Translations under genes and position numbers: made by a program
Notes under the pieces: generated by a model
Told to the model about the DNA's origin: nothing
What the model saw: the letters and a program-made list of their open reading frames with translations, nothing else
Database searches by the model: none
Source of the DNA: a virus
Lineage: Duplodnaviria; Caudoviricetes
IMG/VR virus record: IMGVR_UViG_3300044655_000346
Span: 1-56,997 of that record
DNA length: 56,997 nucleotides
Reading direction: 5' to 3' (one strand)
Shown here: one piece after another, positions 45,887 to 56,381 of the stretch
Numbering within the stretch: the stretch's first letter is position 1
Layout of the letters: every line of letters begins with the position of its first letter

Positions 45887-46050
45887 TCGGATGGATTGCG
45901 GCTTGCGTACTGATTGCCCTGCTATTGCCTTTGATGGCAATACTGTATCTAGATGTGCTGGAAGTGAAGAACGAGTCCAAGCAGCAGATCGAAAAGGTGG
46001 AAGCATTGCGTAAAAAGATCGAGCAAAAGGAAAGGGACAAAGATGAGTAA
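45763..46050 (+). CDS. Small membrane protein (start 45763 or 45883)
   Basis: TM plus coiled coil, homolog of 16825-17103. Confidence 0.55.
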   Translation: MATPSRGKKPASKAGGSSGDFYIPPVPVAVAVVRKSLGEEMIGWIAACVLIALLLPLMAILYLDVLEVKNESKQQIEKVEALRKKIEQKERDKDE

Positions 46051-46369
46051 GCAACTGGAAAAAGATTCTGAATTCAACAAGTTTGATACTGACCATGATG
46101 GCGTTGTGACTGACAGCGAACTAGCACGGTCCGAGCGCATGATCACCATTGAGAACATGGACAAGATGGCAGACCAGCAACGCATCATGGCGTGGGCTGC
46201 CTTGGTTTTTCCTCCCGTCATCATTGCGTACATGGCTTCCGAGCTAGTGACGCTGGAGAAGGTTAATGCGCTGAACGGTTTGGCCACCACCTACTGCGCC
46301 GCCATGGGAACGATTGTGGTGGCATTCATGGCGGCACAGGCGTATGTCAGGGGCAAGGCTGAGTCATGA
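46043..46369 (+). CDS. Holin-like two-TM protein with EF-hand motif
   Basis: DTDHDGVVTDSE loop followed by two TM segments. Confidence 0.6.
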   Translation: MSKQLEKDSEFNKFDTDHDGVVTDSELARSERMITIENMDKMADQQRIMAWAALVFPPVIIAYMASELVTLEKVNALNGLATTYCAAMGTIVVAFMAAQAYVRGKAES

Positions 46370-46845
46370 CGATATTTAACCCTTGGGTGATTCTTGGCTT
46401 TGTGCTGGCCATGGGCACTGCTTTCAGCGGTGGATACTACAAGGGTAAAGATTCAGAGTACCAGCGCCAGCAAATAGAGATTGCCGAGTTAAACGCCAAG
46501 GCGCGTGAGACTGAGCAAGCGATGGCAAAGGTAGCGCAGACATACGGTGACACATTACGAAAGGCGAACAATGTTGCAAAGGCTAAAGAAAATCAGTTGC
46601 GTGCTGATCTCAGCAGTGGTGCTCTCAAGCTGCGGCTTCCTGTCAAAGCGCCCAACTGCGCCGTTCCAGTGTCCGAAACCGCCACCGCTGCCAGCGGAAG
46701 TGACAGCGGAGAAGCAAGAGCCGAATCTAGTGGATCGGTTGATGTCGCTGCCGATCTTCTCCAGATCGCAGCCGATGGAGATGCCGCCATCAGAAAACTC
46801 AACACCTGTCTTGAATCCTACGAAACCATAAGGAACACCAAATGA
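46366..46845 (+). CDS. Rz-like inner-membrane spanin
   Basis: N-terminal TM, coiled coil, LRADL.SG..KLR and GD.AIR.LN.C motifs. Confidence 0.75.
   Translation: MTIFNPWVILGFVLAMGTAFSGGYYKGKDSEYQRQQIEIAELNAKARETEQAMAKVAQTYGDTLRKANNVAKAKENQLRADLSSGALKLRLPVKAPNCAVPVSETATAASGSDSGEARAESSGSVDVAADLLQIAADGDAAIRKLNTCLESYETIRNTK
46571..46831 (+). CDS. Rz1-like outer-membrane lipoprotein spanin nested in Rz
   Basis: +1 frame, signal peptide with lipobox LSSC, Pro-rich CPKPPPLP. Confidence 0.7.
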   Translation: MLQRLKKISCVLISAVVLSSCGFLSKRPTAPFQCPKPPPLPAEVTAEKQEPNLVDRLMSLPIFSRSQPMEMPPSENSTPVLNPTKP

Positions 46846-47309
46846 ACTTATCAGCAAATTTCACTCTGAAAGAACTCACAAAGTCTGAGACAGCGACACG
46901 CTTGGATATTGACAATACGCCAAATGAAGAGCAGATCGAGTCATTGCGTTTGCTCTGCGAAAACATCTTGCAACCAGTGCGCGATCATTTTGGCAAGCCT
47001 GTGAAGATTTCATCTGGGTTCAGATGTAGTGCTTTGAATCAGGCGGCTGGAGGCTCTGCTACCTCGGACCATTGCAAGGGCCAAGCCTGCGATTTTGAGA
47101 TTGATGGTGTACCCAATCCTGAGTTGGCAGCGTGGATCGAAAGCAATCTGAAATTCACTCAATTGATATTAGAGTTTTACACGCCAGGCGGTGATCCAAA
47201 TGCGGGGTGGGTGCATTGCTCATATTCGCCATCAAACCTTAAATCTCAGTCACTCACCGCCACCAAGGTTGCCGGTAAGACTACCTACTTGAATGGCTTG
47301 GTGGCATAA
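46842..47309 (+). CDS. Endolysin, peptidase M15A
   Basis: NFTLKELTKS, ISSGFR, S.HCKGQACD and WVHCSY motifs. Confidence 0.88.
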   Translation: MNLSANFTLKELTKSETATRLDIDNTPNEEQIESLRLLCENILQPVRDHFGKPVKISSGFRCSALNQAAGGSATSDHCKGQACDFEIDGVPNPELAAWIESNLKFTQLILEFYTPGGDPNAGWVHCSYSPSNLKSQSLTATKVAGKTTYLNGLVA

Positions 47310-47312
47310 ACC

Positions 47313-47978
47313 ATGGCACTTAACCTTGATCAGCAGATAACACCACCAACACCGCCAAACCTTGGCGCGGCTGATGTTGCCTACGATCAGGGTTTCTTCA
47401 CACAATCCTTTGGCGGCTTGAATACCTACTTCAGCAAGCTCGCAGCGTTGTTTTCAGCGTTGTTCGGCAGGCGTGGTGGCAAGTGGATCAACAATCCCTA
47501 TGGCGGCTTTCAGGACTCCACAGACCAGACTGCGGCCAACACCACCACAGCCTACGCCGTCACCTTTAACACCACCGACTTCAGCAATGGCGTTACCTTG
47601 TCGAATTCGTCAAGGCTCAATGTGGCGCAGGCTGGAATCTACAACTTGCAATTTAGCATTCAGTTTAAAAACACCACCAATGACGGCCAAGATGTAGATG
47701 TATGGTTTCGCAAGAATGGCACAAACATTGACAATTCAAACAGCAGATTTCACCTTACACAAAGAAAATCTAGTGGCGATCCATCTCACTTAATTGCTGC
47801 GCTTAACTTCTTTGTCAGTCTGGCGGCCAATGACTATGTAGAAATCATGTGGCGAACAACAAATACTAGCGTCAGCATTGAGCATTTTGATGCCAGCAGC
47901 TCGCCAACCAGACCGGCAGTGCCGTCAGTAATTGCCACTCTTTCATTCGTGTCCAATCTGTCAGTAGAAACCGCATAA
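47313..47978 (+). CDS. Virion protein with C1q/TNF-like C-terminal domain
   Basis: AGIYNLQFSIQ, VWFRKNG and L.ANDYVEIMW motifs. Confidence 0.6.
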   Translation: MALNLDQQITPPTPPNLGAADVAYDQGFFTQSFGGLNTYFSKLAALFSALFGRRGGKWINNPYGGFQDSTDQTAANTTTAYAVTFNTTDFSNGVTLSNSSRLNVAQAGIYNLQFSIQFKNTTNDGQDVDVWFRKNGTNIDNSNSRFHLTQRKSSGDPSHLIAALNFFVSLAANDYVEIMWRTTNTSVSIEHFDASSSPTRPAVPSVIATLSFVSNLSVETA

Positions 47979-47985
47979 TTCAGCC

Positions 47986-49467
47986 ATGGCACTCATTCCT
48001 CTCAAAATCCCTGCTGGCGTGTACCGTAATGGCACAGAGTATCAGTCTGCTGGCCGCTGGTATGACGCAAATCTTGTGCGTTGGTACGAAAACACCTTGC
48101 GTCCCATTGGCGGCTGGCGTAAGAAGTCGGCCACCGCACTGACAGGCAAGTGCCGTGGAATATTGACTTGGAAGACAAACTCCGGTGCGCGGTACATTGC
48201 CGCCGGTACGCAGTCCAAGCTCTACGCCATGGACGAAAACAATGTGATCAAAGAGATCACGCCAACAGGTATTGCCTCTGGCCGCGCTGATGCCGTCAGT
48301 GGCACAGGCTATGGCTACAACACTTACGGCTCATTTGCTTATGGCGTGGCGCGTCCTGACGCTGGCGCAGTAGCGCCTGCCACCACATGGAGTCTGGACA
48401 CTTGGGGCGAGTATCTGGTGGCTTGTTCCGACTCTGATGGCAAGCTCTACGAATGGCAGTTGGGATTCACAACGCCAACCTTGGCGGTGGCCATCACCAA
48501 CGCGCCAACCGGCTGTGCGGCCTTGCTGTCTACTGCCGAGCGATTCTTGTTTGCTTTGGGTGCGTCCAGCAATCCGCGTTTGGTGAAGTGGTCAGACCAA
48601 GAGGACAACACGACATGGACGGCGGCAGCCACCAATCAGGCCGGTGACTTTGAACTGAACACGGTTGGCTCACTCAAGTGCGGAAAGCGCGTCAGGGGCA
48701 TCAATTTGCTGTTCACTGATGTCGATGTCCACACCGCGACTTATGTCGGCCTACCCTATGTCTATTCGTTTGAGCGTGCCGGTTCAGGCTGTGGCGTGAT
48801 CTCAAGTCAGTCTGTGGCGGCCATCGACTCTGCCGCCATGTGGATGAGCAGATCAGGATTCTGGGTATTTGACGGTTATGTCAAGCCATTGCCTTGCGAT
48901 GTCTCTGACTATGTGTTCAGCAACATGAACTACAACCAAGCCAGCAAAGTCTATGCTGTACACAACAGCAAATACGGTGAGGTGTGGTGGTTCTACCCAT
49001 CAAGCTCAAGCAATGAAGTTGACTCCTATGTCATCTACAACTACCGCGAAGGCCATTGGAATATTGGCACTTTGGGGCGCACTGCTGGCGTAGACCGTGG
49101 CGTGTATCTCAATCCCATCATGGTGGACGCATCAGGCTACATCTATGAGCATGAGGTGGGCTTTGGCTATGACGGCGGCTCTGTCTATGCTGAGTCTGGA
49201 CCATACGAGATTGGTGTGGGAGAGAACATCATGTCGGTGCGTCAAGTGATACCAGACGAGATGGCGCTTGGCGAGGTGCAGATCAGTTTCAAGTCTCGGA
49301 TGTATCCGACATCAGTGGAAACGACACACGGACCGTATTCAGCGTCACAGCCCACAGATGCGCGGTTCTCTGGCCGTCAGGTCAAGATTCGCTACACAGG
49401 CGCTGTGCTGGAAGATTGGCGTGTTGGCGTGACCCGAGTTGACGCTGTTGCGTCAGGTAAGCGTTGA
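47986..49467 (+). CDS. Tail stabilisation/nozzle protein (P22 gp10-like)
   Basis: 493 aa propeller-like, WSLDTWGE, WSDQE and EVWWFYP motifs. Confidence 0.7.
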   Translation: MALIPLKIPAGVYRNGTEYQSAGRWYDANLVRWYENTLRPIGGWRKKSATALTGKCRGILTWKTNSGARYIAAGTQSKLYAMDENNVIKEITPTGIASGRADAVSGTGYGYNTYGSFAYGVARPDAGAVAPATTWSLDTWGEYLVACSDSDGKLYEWQLGFTTPTLAVAITNAPTGCAALLSTAERFLFALGASSNPRLVKWSDQEDNTTWTAAATNQAGDFELNTVGSLKCGKRVRGINLLFTDVDVHTATYVGLPYVYSFERAGSGCGVISSQSVAAIDSAAMWMSRSGFWVFDGYVKPLPCDVSDYVFSNMNYNQASKVYAVHNSKYGEVWWFYPSSSSNEVDSYVIYNYREGHWNIGTLGRTAGVDRGVYLNPIMVDASGYIYEHEVGFGYDGGSVYAESGPYEIGVGENIMSVRQVIPDEMALGEVQISFKSRMYPTSVETTHGPYSASQPTDARFSGRQVKIRYTGAVLEDWRVGVTRVDAVASGKR

Positions 49468-49832
49468 TTGATTGGGAAGAGTTTGAGAGACTGCGCCATC
49501 ATGTGGCTGCGGCACTAGAATACTCTGGAGGCAGTCACGCAGTTGAGGATATTGCTGAAGGCATTGGAAAAGGGCATTTTCAGCTCTGGCCAGGTCTTGA
49601 TTCAGTAATAGTGACAGAGATCATTGTCTACCCGCAGTTAAAGGATTTGCACTTCTTCCTTGCTGGCGGCGACCTAGATGAACTCCGATTGATGCAACCT
49701 ATCATCGAATCGTGGGGGAAGAGTGAAGGTTGCAGCCGAGTGTCTCTCGCTGGCCGTAAGGGTTGGGAGAGATCATTTTTAAGAGACAGGGGATACGAGC
49801 CAAAGTGGTTCGTAATGTGCAAAGACTTATAG
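49464..49832 (+). CDS. GNAT-fold-like virion-operon protein
   Basis: VTEI..YP...LH.FLAGG...GC......GRKGW. Confidence 0.6.
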   Translation: MIDWEEFERLRHHVAAALEYSGGSHAVEDIAEGIGKGHFQLWPGLDSVIVTEIIVYPQLKDLHFFLAGGDLDELRLMQPIIESWGKSEGCSRVSLAGRKGWERSFLRDRGYEPKWFVMCKDL

Positions 49833-49841
49833 GGGTGACTT

Positions 49842-50657
49842 ATGTCTAAGGGTGGAAAACCACAAGTACAAAATCAATCACAAACGCAGAATCAATCGCA
49901 AACTACGATGATTGATCCAGAGTCTCGGGCGGCATATTTACAAAATCTAGGCTTGGCGCGATCTACTGCTGGCGGTCTTGGTGTTCAGCAATTTGCTGAC
50001 TTTGATCCGCGCTATGTGGCTGGAGAAAAGGCGCTTTACGAAGCAAGCATGAAGCCCTTTGGCGCTGAAGATATTGAGGCTTTTCAAAATCCTTTTGAAT
50101 CTGAAGTAGTCCAACAGTCTTTGAGAGACATTGAGCAATCCAGACAAATGGCGGGTTTGCGTGACGCAGAGAGAGCCACTGCCGCCAAAGCCTTTGGTGG
50201 CTCACGCGCTGGTGTTCAGTCAGCGTTGACCGATGAAGCGGCCTTGCGCGAAGCATCACGCACTGCATCAGATTTGCGTTATCGTGGATTTAATACAGCG
50301 GCAGAGTTGGCAAAGGCAGCACGCGGCATAAATATGCAAGGCTTTCAAAACGCCATGAATCTTGGATTGACCAGACAGCAATACGCACAGTTAGCGTTGG
50401 ATGCACAGCGTAATCTGCCGCTGCAACAGTTGGCTATTCAGCAGGCTGCAATGGGCGCACAACCCGCCAACCTTGGGTCAACTATGACAGGTACAAGCAC
50501 AAGCACTGGCAGATCAAGTCAGCCAACAAGTCGCAATGTTGCGTCAGGCGCATTGGGTGGCGCATTGGCTGGCGCACAGCTTGGATCAATCTTCCCAGGC
50601 GTTGGCACAGCGATTGGCGCAATTGGCGGCGGTCTGCTTGGAGGCTTATTCGGATGA
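49842..50657 (+). CDS. DNA ejection/pilot protein-like
   Basis: NPFES.VVQ, AFGGSR and a Gly-rich hydrophobic C-terminus. Confidence 0.65.
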   Translation: MSKGGKPQVQNQSQTQNQSQTTMIDPESRAAYLQNLGLARSTAGGLGVQQFADFDPRYVAGEKALYEASMKPFGAEDIEAFQNPFESEVVQQSLRDIEQSRQMAGLRDAERATAAKAFGGSRAGVQSALTDEAALREASRTASDLRYRGFNTAAELAKAARGINMQGFQNAMNLGLTRQQYAQLALDAQRNLPLQQLAIQQAAMGAQPANLGSTMTGTSTSTGRSSQPTSRNVASGALGGALAGAQLGSIFPGVGTAIGAIGGGLLGGLFG

Positions 50658-51049
50658 ACTACTTAACGAACTTATTTGGCGGTGGCAATGCCGCAGGCGG
50701 TATGCGTAAACCGTCAATGGGTACTGGCATGGATTTGTATGGTGGTCAGCCAAGCATGAATCTTGGTATGACTATGCCAAGAAATACATATGCTGATTCA
50801 GCAACCGGCACAGGCATGATGCCACCATCATCGTTTGGTCAGATGCCTACTAGCGGCATGAATATGCAAACTGCACTTGGCGCAATGCAAGCCTTGGGTG
50901 GGCTTATGGGCAAACCAGAGCAACAAGCGCCAATGCCGCAAATGGAAATGACACCAATGCAGGCAGCTCAGTTGCCCATGGGCGGCAATCAGAGCTATGA
51001 AGACTTGATGAAGATGTACGGTGTACGCAGTGGCGGCTTACTTGGATGA
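50654..51049 (+). CDS. Met/Gly-rich internal virion protein-like
   Basis: 131 aa low complexity ending GGLLG. Confidence 0.55.
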   Translation: MNYLTNLFGGGNAAGGMRKPSMGTGMDLYGGQPSMNLGMTMPRNTYADSATGTGMMPPSSFGQMPTSGMNMQTALGAMQALGGLMGKPEQQAPMPQMEMTPMQAAQLPMGGNQSYEDLMKMYGVRSGGLLG

Positions 51050-51057
51050 GGTGACAT

Positions 51058-52878
51058 ATGACTAATGAAGAATTGCAACAGATGTTTGCTGAAACTGCAA
51101 GGATTAGAGAACTTGCTAATCCAGCGGCAGTGCCTTACTCCGACTTCCAAGTGCCAGCATCAAATGTCGCGCCATCATCGTTTGCATCAAACCTTGGCGG
51201 CTTACTGTTTGGCGGTGCTGACTCAGGATTGAACGAGTACCTGTCAAGGGAGCAGCAAAAGCAGATGCAGTCTCAGGCACTGATGAGTGCGGCCATGTCT
51301 CTTCTTAGATCAGGCAGAACAACCACTACGCCAATTGGATTGGGTGAAGCACTCGGCAGCGCGTATGAGGCTGGCACTGCTGGCTACCAAGGCGCACAGA
51401 AGAATGCTATTGAGCAATTGATGACCAAGCAGAAGTTGGATGAAGCAAGGAGAGAGGCAAATCTCCAAAAATTCTTCATGGATCGCTTGTCTGGCGCAGC
51501 ACCAAGCGCGGCAGTTACTCCATCGTTGCCAGTTTCGGGACAACCATTGACAGCAATGCAAGCAGCGGCATTGCCTACGCCAGTTTACGGCGTTGGCCCG
51601 ACACCGCAACGCGCAGCGATGATTGGACAAACATTGCCTACTGAACCAGGAACAATATCACCAGTAACTGTTACTGCAAGACAAAGACCTGACATTTTTT
51701 CTTCATTGACTCCAGATCAATTAATGATTGCTGCACTTAGTCCTAAAGCAGCATTGCCAAAATTATTTGAAGAAAGTTTGAAAACAGAGAGCTTTGAAAC
51801 TATTACTGGTCAAAATGCTGCCGACCTTGGACTCGATCCTCGCGGAAAGTATCAGATCAACAATAGAACAGGTCAGGTAAGTACAGTGCAAGCGCCTAGT
51901 GATGAGTACGAGATTGTTACTGGTGCAAATGCCGTTAAGGTTGGTTTGCCTGGCGTTGGTACTTACCAGTTGAACAAAAATACAAGACAAGCCACATTGG
52001 TTGGAACTGCTGAAGGACCATTCGGTGGCGGCACAACTGGTGCTGCTTACAACATACTGCTGACCGAAGACCCAAGCAGCGCCAAATATGCTTTGGCGTA
52101 TCGTGAGTTGAGTAAGCCAGTGCCAACCGAACAGGTTCAGCCTGATGGTTCTACGCGAATTGTGTACACACAACCTGCACCTATTCCACCATCATTTGCA
52201 AAGCCAAGCTACAAAGGCAAAATTGCTACGCCATCAGCAACAACAGCGCCAGCAACTATTGTTCAGCCAAGTGCTGTCAGTGCGCCTGCGCCAGCTAGAA
52301 GTGCGGTAACACCTCCAGTTGCCGCGCCTGCTGATGGTGCTGTTGCTATTCCATTGCCTGCTGGAGTTAAATCAACTCCACTTGCGCCAAGACCAGAAGA
52401 GATTACAGCATCAAGATCAGCAATAAAAGCTGCCGTTGACTTTGTTGCTGCGCTTGAAAAAATAGAAAATGTTGTTTCTCAAGAAGGAATGCAACTTGGT
52501 GGCATTGGATCGAAAGGCGCTACACAAACAGCAATTTATGAAGATTTGCTGACCAAAGCAAGAAAAGCGGCAGAGCTTGGCGTATTAAACAAAGAAGATT
52601 TACCAAGATTGCAAGCCCAATTAAGTGACCCAACAAACCTTTCAACATACATAAAAGGTCTTGGCGGTCCAAGCTATTTCTTTGCTCAAACAGGTGAAAT
52701 GAAAGATCGCATGATTCAAGAAGCAATGCGAACAAATTTGCAATTTGGTTTCCCAATCATGCAGCTGCCCCAATCATTTACGAAAAAACCACCTCCTCCA
52801 ATTCCAACCACAACTGCAATCAAACCGCCACCAATAATTCAACAAATACTTGAACAATATCCATCAAGGAAGCAATAA
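51058..52878 (+). CDS. Internal virion/ejection protein
   Basis: 606 aa with a duplicated YQ.N..T.Q module. Confidence 0.6.
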   Translation: MTNEELQQMFAETARIRELANPAAVPYSDFQVPASNVAPSSFASNLGGLLFGGADSGLNEYLSREQQKQMQSQALMSAAMSLLRSGRTTTTPIGLGEALGSAYEAGTAGYQGAQKNAIEQLMTKQKLDEARREANLQKFFMDRLSGAAPSAAVTPSLPVSGQPLTAMQAAALPTPVYGVGPTPQRAAMIGQTLPTEPGTISPVTVTARQRPDIFSSLTPDQLMIAALSPKAALPKLFEESLKTESFETITGQNAADLGLDPRGKYQINNRTGQVSTVQAPSDEYEIVTGANAVKVGLPGVGTYQLNKNTRQATLVGTAEGPFGGGTTGAAYNILLTEDPSSAKYALAYRELSKPVPTEQVQPDGSTRIVYTQPAPIPPSFAKPSYKGKIATPSATTAPATIVQPSAVSAPAPARSAVTPPVAAPADGAVAIPLPAGVKSTPLAPRPEEITASRSAIKAAVDFVAALEKIENVVSQEGMQLGGIGSKGATQTAIYEDLLTKARKAAELGVLNKEDLPRLQAQLSDPTNLSTYIKGLGGPSYFFAQTGEMKDRMIQEAMRTNLQFGFPIMQLPQSFTKKPPPPIPTTTAIKPPPIIQQILEQYPSRKQ

Positions 52879-54980
52879 TGGCAGACCCAACTATTGACGA
52901 TCTGTATAAATCGTTGCAAGCTGCTCACGCGGCTGGTGATACGCAATCTGCTCAAGCCTTGGCCGACTACATCAGGTCACTGCCAGCACCAACGCCAAGC
53001 GAAAAGCAGATTGAGATGACTACTGGTGCGCCACTTAGTGTGAGGGCAGCAGTGGGTTCTTCTACCACAATGCAGGACAAATTGGCAACGCTGAAGAAGT
53101 TTTTCCCTGACGCGCAACCATACGACAAAGACAACTTCATCTATACCGATCCAAAAACTGGACGGCCAACATTGATGAATGAAAAGAATCCTGTATTCTT
53201 TGGCGTGCCTTTGCCAACCATGGGTGATATTGCTGGCGCTTTGCCAGAGATTTCAGAGTTTGTTGGTGCTGGTACTGGAGCTGCGGCAATGTCACCTTTT
53301 GGACCGCCAGCTATGGTTGCAGGCGCTGGAGCTGGTGGAGCTGCATTCAAGAAGCTGTACGAGATGGGTATGCAGTATGGCGGCCCATCAGTTGAAACCA
53401 GAGGCGGCACAGAGCAAGCGGCTGGCGTGACAAAAGATATTTTGATCAATGCATTAGGGCAGCGAGGTGGGCAACTTGCTGAGAAGTATCTGCCGCAATT
53501 GCTGACACCAATTCAACAGCAATTGATGGGACTGCGCCAAGGCATACCGCAAGCAGCATCAAGACTTGGTATCAAATTACCTGCTGGTGTGGCTACGCAA
53601 AGTCCTGCTGTTCAGCGTTTAGAAGCTGGACTCGCACAAACGCCTGGCGGTGCTCAAGTCATTGCCCCAAAGTACGAATTGATGCAAGAGCAGATGGGTA
53701 CTGCCGCAAGAAATATTGCTGAAGATATTTCACAAGTTGGCAAAACTCCAAGCGTTATACCTACACCACCATTCAAAGAAAAAGGTGGACTTGGACAGTT
53801 TATTCAAAAAGGCGCAGAGGCTGCTGGGAAAAGATTTGAAGAAAGACGCGAGCAACTTGATGATATTGTGGAAAGCGCTGTCGGATCAAACAATAGATTC
53901 CCAGCAACAAACACAGCTCAATTGGTTGCACAACTCCAAACTGAAATTGCCAAAAGCCCACAAACACTTGGTCCAATTTATCAGCCAGTTATTGATCGCG
54001 CCATGCGTGTTGTGTCTGATGCCCAATCTGGGTTTGGTGGCGTTCCATTTGCTGCGCTTAGAAAAGAGCGAACAAGCATTGGAAAAGATTTAGCTCGACC
54101 AGATATTTCTGGCCTTTCAGATACATCAAATTTTGCGCGTTTATATGACGCATTGCGTAAGGATGTATTGGCTGCGGCTAATCAGTCTGGAAACATCGCA
54201 AGCCGAGCAATCAAATTGCATGATCGATATGTAAGGTTCAATCGTGAAGTGAATTTGCCTGCACTACAAAAAATTGCAGATCAAAATCTTGATGTGAATG
54301 CCGTCAACTATGCAATGGCAGGCACAAAAGATGGCATGGGTAGACTCCAACTATTGGTGCGTAATTTCAAGCCAGAAGAGAGAGACACATTGGCTGCATC
54401 AGTTTGGCAACAGTTGGGCAATGCAAAAGCTGGAATGAAAGAAGGCGCAGATGTTGGTGTTGACAGTTATGAATTCAACGCCAATACATTCTTGACTAAT
54501 TGGAATAATTTAAGCGACAGCGCCAAGCAAGTATTGTTTGGCGGTGAGAGATACCGCAACATTATTCCTGCCATCAATGATTTGGTAAAGGTAACAACTG
54601 GTGCGCGTGAAGCTGGCAAGGCCGTCAATGTATCAAACACTGGTGGCGCTCAGATGGTCACATCAGCTCTATTAGGCGCTAGTGGAGCGATTGGCGGTGG
54701 AATTGGTGGAGACATGACACAAGCACTGCTTGGTGGCGCAGGAGCTTTAAGCGGTCTTGTTTTATCTAGCAACTTGGCGGCTAAACTTCTTGAAAGTCCA
54801 AGATTTATTCGCTGGGTATCAGACACCAGTAGAGCTGTTGTGAATAATCCGAACTCACTGACAACTCAAATCGCAAAACTGTCAGCAATTGCAACGGCAG
54901 AGCCAGGCATGAGCGATGCGATTGAGGCTTACTATACGCAGATCAAACCATTTGCAACAGAAATTCGCAGAGCGAGGTAA
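52878..54980 (+). CDS. Large internal virion/ejection protein
   Basis: 700 aa, Gly-rich hydrophobic stretches, helical. Confidence 0.65.
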   Translation: MADPTIDDLYKSLQAAHAAGDTQSAQALADYIRSLPAPTPSEKQIEMTTGAPLSVRAAVGSSTTMQDKLATLKKFFPDAQPYDKDNFIYTDPKTGRPTLMNEKNPVFFGVPLPTMGDIAGALPEISEFVGAGTGAAAMSPFGPPAMVAGAGAGGAAFKKLYEMGMQYGGPSVETRGGTEQAAGVTKDILINALGQRGGQLAEKYLPQLLTPIQQQLMGLRQGIPQAASRLGIKLPAGVATQSPAVQRLEAGLAQTPGGAQVIAPKYELMQEQMGTAARNIAEDISQVGKTPSVIPTPPFKEKGGLGQFIQKGAEAAGKRFEERREQLDDIVESAVGSNNRFPATNTAQLVAQLQTEIAKSPQTLGPIYQPVIDRAMRVVSDAQSGFGGVPFAALRKERTSIGKDLARPDISGLSDTSNFARLYDALRKDVLAAANQSGNIASRAIKLHDRYVRFNREVNLPALQKIADQNLDVNAVNYAMAGTKDGMGRLQLLVRNFKPEERDTLAASVWQQLGNAKAGMKEGADVGVDSYEFNANTFLTNWNNLSDSAKQVLFGGERYRNIIPAINDLVKVTTGAREAGKAVNVSNTGGAQMVTSALLGASGAIGGGIGGDMTQALLGGAGALSGLVLSSNLAAKLLESPRFIRWVSDTSRAVVNNPNSLTTQIAKLSAIATAEPGMSDAIEAYYTQIKPFATEIRRAR

Positions 54981-54983
54981 ATC

Positions 54984-56381
54984 ATGGCAGACAACCTACA
55001 AGCCACACCGCGCAACGAGTTGCTGGGACTCTTATCTGATGCCATGTATGGCGGCATCAATTACATGAAAGACCCGCGCAGATCGCAGCAGATGCAAGGC
55101 TTGGCGGGTTTGCTGGAGTCTACAGGCATACCGCAAACCACTCAGCGCATGGCGTATGGTGAGCCACTCACCAACATTGGCCGCGCCAATGTGCCATTGC
55201 TCAAACCTGAGACTGCTGATGCCATGATGAATGTTGCGCCATTTGCGCCAGCAGTGGGTAGATTGGCGAGTCGTGCTATTCGTGCCACTGAGGGTATGCC
55301 TGTTGGGATGGGGATTAAACCGATTAATCTCAACAAGGGTATTTATAAGCCTGAGTTAACAATGGAGGAAATGCTCAAAGTAAAAGACATTCCTACTGTT
55401 GATAGGGTAAAGCAATCTATTGATCTTGTTGGTGAAAAAGAATTTGAGAAGATGGTCAATGCTCAATATAAAAAGTACAAACCATCAGATCAAGATCAAG
55501 AGGCAATGCTTGTTGAATCTGTAACTCTTGACATTCTTGGCAAAGCACAAAGATCACCTTATCCACAACAATCCGCATTAGACCTTGCACAGCAACGAGC
55601 CGCATTGCCTGTTGAGCAAGGTGGTTTGGGTTTGCTTGCGAACAATACTGCAATGGATAGAGCCAAGGCGATGGGGTTTGAAACATCAGCGTTGCATGGT
55701 AGTGGGACTCCTGACATCAATGCGTTTGATCCTAATTTAGTTGGAACAAAAGCTGGCAATGCATTTGATAACTATATGTGGTTTACATCTAGTCCTGAAT
55801 CTGCTAGTGGATATGCACTAAATACAAATCAGTTTGCGTTGATTCCTGATGTAAAGGCACTAAACAATCAAATCAACCAAATAGGTAAAGATATATCAAG
55901 CGCATACACCAATAAAAATATGGATAAGGTTGGTGATTTGCGTAAAGAATTATCAGTCTTAATGAAGCAAAAATCTGATATTTATAAAGATTTTGAGATG
56001 GGTAAGTATATTTCTGAAGGCTCTACTACATATCCTGTTTTATTAAAAAGTAATGAATTTATGCCTTATGAAGCTAACAATCAAAATTGGATGAAAGCCA
56101 ATAGACCAGCAATTGAAGAATCACAAAGTCGTGGATTCCAAGGTGTTGAAATTAAAAATGTCAAAGACAATCCAAATCCAAGTATTGGTAGCGTAATTTC
56201 AAACACCTACGCAACAGAAAATCCTGACTTGATTCGCTCACGCTTTGCCGCCTTTGACCCATTCCGCAAGGATGTAGCAACGGCCACCGCAATGGGTGTT
56301 GCAGCACCTGATTTGCTGGCGGCAGAGCCTACACCAGAAGAATTGCAGCGCCGTCAGTCAGCGTCCTTGCTATTCCCATAA
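54984..56381 (+). CDS. Virion-associated polyvalent protein with ADP-ribosyltransferase-like domain
   Basis: ALHGS....FDP, FTSSP..ASGYA, YPVLL and IRSRFAAFDP motifs. Confidence 0.55.
   Translation: MADNLQATPRNELLGLLSDAMYGGINYMKDPRRSQQMQGLAGLLESTGIPQTTQRMAYGEPLTNIGRANVPLLKPETADAMMNVAPFAPAVGRLASRAIRATEGMPVGMGIKPINLNKGIYKPELTMEEMLKVKDIPTVDRVKQSIDLVGEKEFEKMVNAQYKKYKPSDQDQEAMLVESVTLDILGKAQRSPYPQQSALDLAQQRAALPVEQGGLGLLANNTAMDRAKAMGFETSALHGSGTPDINAFDPNLVGTKAGNAFDNYMWFTSSPESASGYALNTNQFALIPDVKALNNQINQIGKDISSAYTNKNMDKVGDLRKELSVLMKQKSDIYKDFEMGKYISEGSTTYPVLLKSNEFMPYEANNQNWMKANRPAIEESQSRGFQGVEIKNVKDNPNPSIGSVISNTYATENPDLIRSRFAAFDPFRKDVATATAMGVAAPDLLAAEPTPEELQRRQSASLLFP

Noticed and set aside
513-55759. 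Many antisense and off-frame ORFs in the track (e.g. 513-1142, 3516-4166, 41974-42516)
   Set aside because: They are shadows of well-supported genes on the other strand or frame, without RBS or motifs. Only the Rz1 and RecT-linked HTH overlaps had independent support.
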